DNA of 48,750 nt, the filler included, from an uncultured virus (IMG/VR IMGVR_UViG_2061766007_001580) (Duplodnaviria > Heunggongvirae > Uroviricota > Caudoviricetes). It is 3 parts of one record of this genome, joined end to end, with 100 filler letters (N's around TTAATTAATTAA, not from the genome) between each part and the next. Parts side by side here need not be neighbours in the genome. Positions count along the whole stretch, not along the records: positions 36,710 to 48,750 come from IMGVR_UViG_2061766007_001580; 2 more parts are not named here. The stretch is one strand, 5' to 3'. The translations under genes and the position numbers were made by a program. The notes below the pieces were generated by a model. The model saw only the letters and a list, made by a program, of their open reading frames with translations, was not told where the DNA came from and did no database searches. Numbering within the stretch: the first letter of the stretch is position 1; each line of letters opens with the position of its first letter. Of the stretch, positions 47,064 to 48,750 are shown one piece after another.

Positions 47064-48750
47064 TGGTGGCAAGGCAGGCGGTAGTCCAGTCAAATATTAC
47101 GCAACTTTAGAGCAGGTGGTATGCATGTCACCTGCTGACGCTATTGTTGAAATTGAAATCAATGACGAAAAAGCGTGGGTAGAACCGATTACTGATAACA
47201 GAGAGTTTTATATTGACAAGCCTAACTTATTTGGTGGTAAATCCTCAGAAGGTGGCGTACAAGGTTGGTGCGAGGCTCGTTTCGGCAAACCTGATCAACC
47301 TAAAAGCAGTTATCTTGCTGAAAAAATCAGTGAAGTGTTAAGTGCTACAAGAGGTGTGTTGTCTGTTGTGGCTAAAAACTTTTATTTAGGTAACAACCCT
47401 TACGCAAAACCGTGGCACTTCCGAATTAAATCGACTTTGAAAAATGCTGATTATTCTGATATTTGGTACAAAGAAAAATCAACTATATTTTATTCTTTGC
47501 TTTCTTTTGAAAGCCGTGTCAGACAAGTTGTGCATTTAGACAATCATCAGTTTTTACATGCAACAAGCAACAGAAACAACGATAATTTAATTGCATATTA
47601 TACTGATGATAAAAACCTAGCTTCGTTGCCGTTTGGCGGATCTATTAAAGTCAGAAAGCTAGATGCCTTGCACGAGTTTAAACAGACTTATGAAAGAGAT
47701 TTGTTTAATACAAAATTTAGCGTATATGGCTACACACGAGTTCCGTCTGACGAAGTTGCTAACGTTCTTTTTCCTCGTAATTTATTAGATGAATACTACG
47801 ACACAACGTTGTGGCTTAACCATTATTATTGCCGTGGTAATGTGGTTTCTCCTAATAGTTTTAAAAACGGAGAGGAATGGTTGACATCACAAAAATACGC
47901 CTGCGAAAATAATACTGCATGGGTTATTAGACTNNNNNNNNNNCACAAAATTTAACGTGTACGGCTACACACGAGTTCCGTCTGACGAAGTTGCTAACGT
48001 TCTTTTTCCTCGCAATTTATCAAATGAATACTATGACACAACGTTGTGGCTTAACCATTATTATTGCCGTGGTAATGCGGTTTCTCCTAATAGTTTTAAA
48101 AACGGAGAGGAATGGTTAACATCACAAAAATACGCCTGCGAAAATAATACTGCATGGGTTATTAGACTCTCTGGAAGTACTTACAATTTTACTTATAATC
48201 TAGGTGTTGTGAGACGTTACGGTGGTGACAGTCACTATGGCTCAACCACAACAGAGACGAGTATTGGTGGTAGCGTAACAGGATTAAGTGCTTGTTCCTG
48301 CGTATTCACTGATGGACTTGTGGCTTACTATTGTCAAAACCCAACAAGTGCCAATAACTTAACTATATATGGATATACCAATCCAAATAACGGCACAGGA
48401 ACTAATACTCACGGCCATGTTATATCTTTACCTTCAGGCGAGACTTTTGATTGTTTCGGTAGTGACAGCGATAATAGTGTTACTTACGCTCTTACCCACA
48501 ATAGTAATGGTGATTATCACGTTACTATATATTCGTCTGCATCAGGCAGTGTCTTAGAGCGATATACCGTTCCAAATACTTTACCTGTATCAGATGTTGG
48601 TGAAAACACTTACTTTCTTTTAACAAAGACATACATGATTTGCGTATGTGGTGATACTGTTGTTGCGTTTATTCGTAGCTGGGAGTCAGAAGACGCAGAT
48701 TATGACGGATCTCAATTAGACTACAATCCTGCTCATGCAATTCGTGAAGC
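47056..48750 (+). CDS. central tail tip / host-specificity protein (partial, two overlapping alleles)
   Basis: IDKPNLFGG...EGGVQG, GNNPYAKPW, and DYNPAHAIRE at the window end; frame stays open through 47944-48750. Confidence 0.88.

Noticed and set aside
17582..47093. Minus-strand ORFs within the structural genes (e.g. 17582-18058, 34018-34476, 36957-37394)
   Set aside because: Shadow frames of well-supported plus-strand genes, no RBS or motifs
47709..48168. Diversity-generating retroelement TR/VR pair
   Set aside because: Differences include T/C changes rather than adenine-only, the copies flank an N join, and no reverse transcriptase is in the window

Overview
This window is part of a low-GC tailed dsDNA phage (siphovirus-type) genome. 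It is a gappy scaffold in which several co-existing strain variants were assembled side by side, with many 10-N joins, repeated allele fragments, two misplaced pieces and two artificial TTAATTAATTAA linkers. About 1-11.2 kb is a hypervariable early-type region of short genes, most behind their own near-consensus TTGACA-17-TATAAT promoter, interleaved with non-coding repeats; the 1-2.6 kb contigs appear flipped relative to the rest. Next come dUTPase and a Gram-negative lysis cassette (lytic transglycosylase, holin, i-spanin with embedded o-spanin). The head module follows: TerS, TerL, portal, scaffold and major capsid. After it lie a fibre and DUF4376-like module, a Gly-rich CCC-motif gene cluster and dTMP kinase. 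The tail module comprises head-tail connectors, tail tube, tail chaperones joined by a -1 frameshift, tape measure and a BR0599-type tail tip. Spanins plus CRP-box consensus sites point to a gammaproteobacterial host (inference). The most notable signals are non-coding. (1) An ORF-free unit of about 290 nt carries ten GGA motifs and looks like a phage-encoded CsrB/RsmZ-type CsrA sponge. (2) CRP consensus boxes occur, one centred at about -61.5 of a phage promoter. (3) Two promoter-terminator mini-units would yield small RNAs with anti-Shine-Dalgarno seeds matching the phage's own RBSs. (4) A shared RUGAU-loop hairpin sits in the leaders of the capsid and CCC genes. (5) Palindrome arrays with a 25-bp period sit at cassette borders. 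No CRISPR array, tRNA, integrase, reverse transcriptase or stop-codon recoding was seen. All family assignments are from motif recognition by eye, not database searches.
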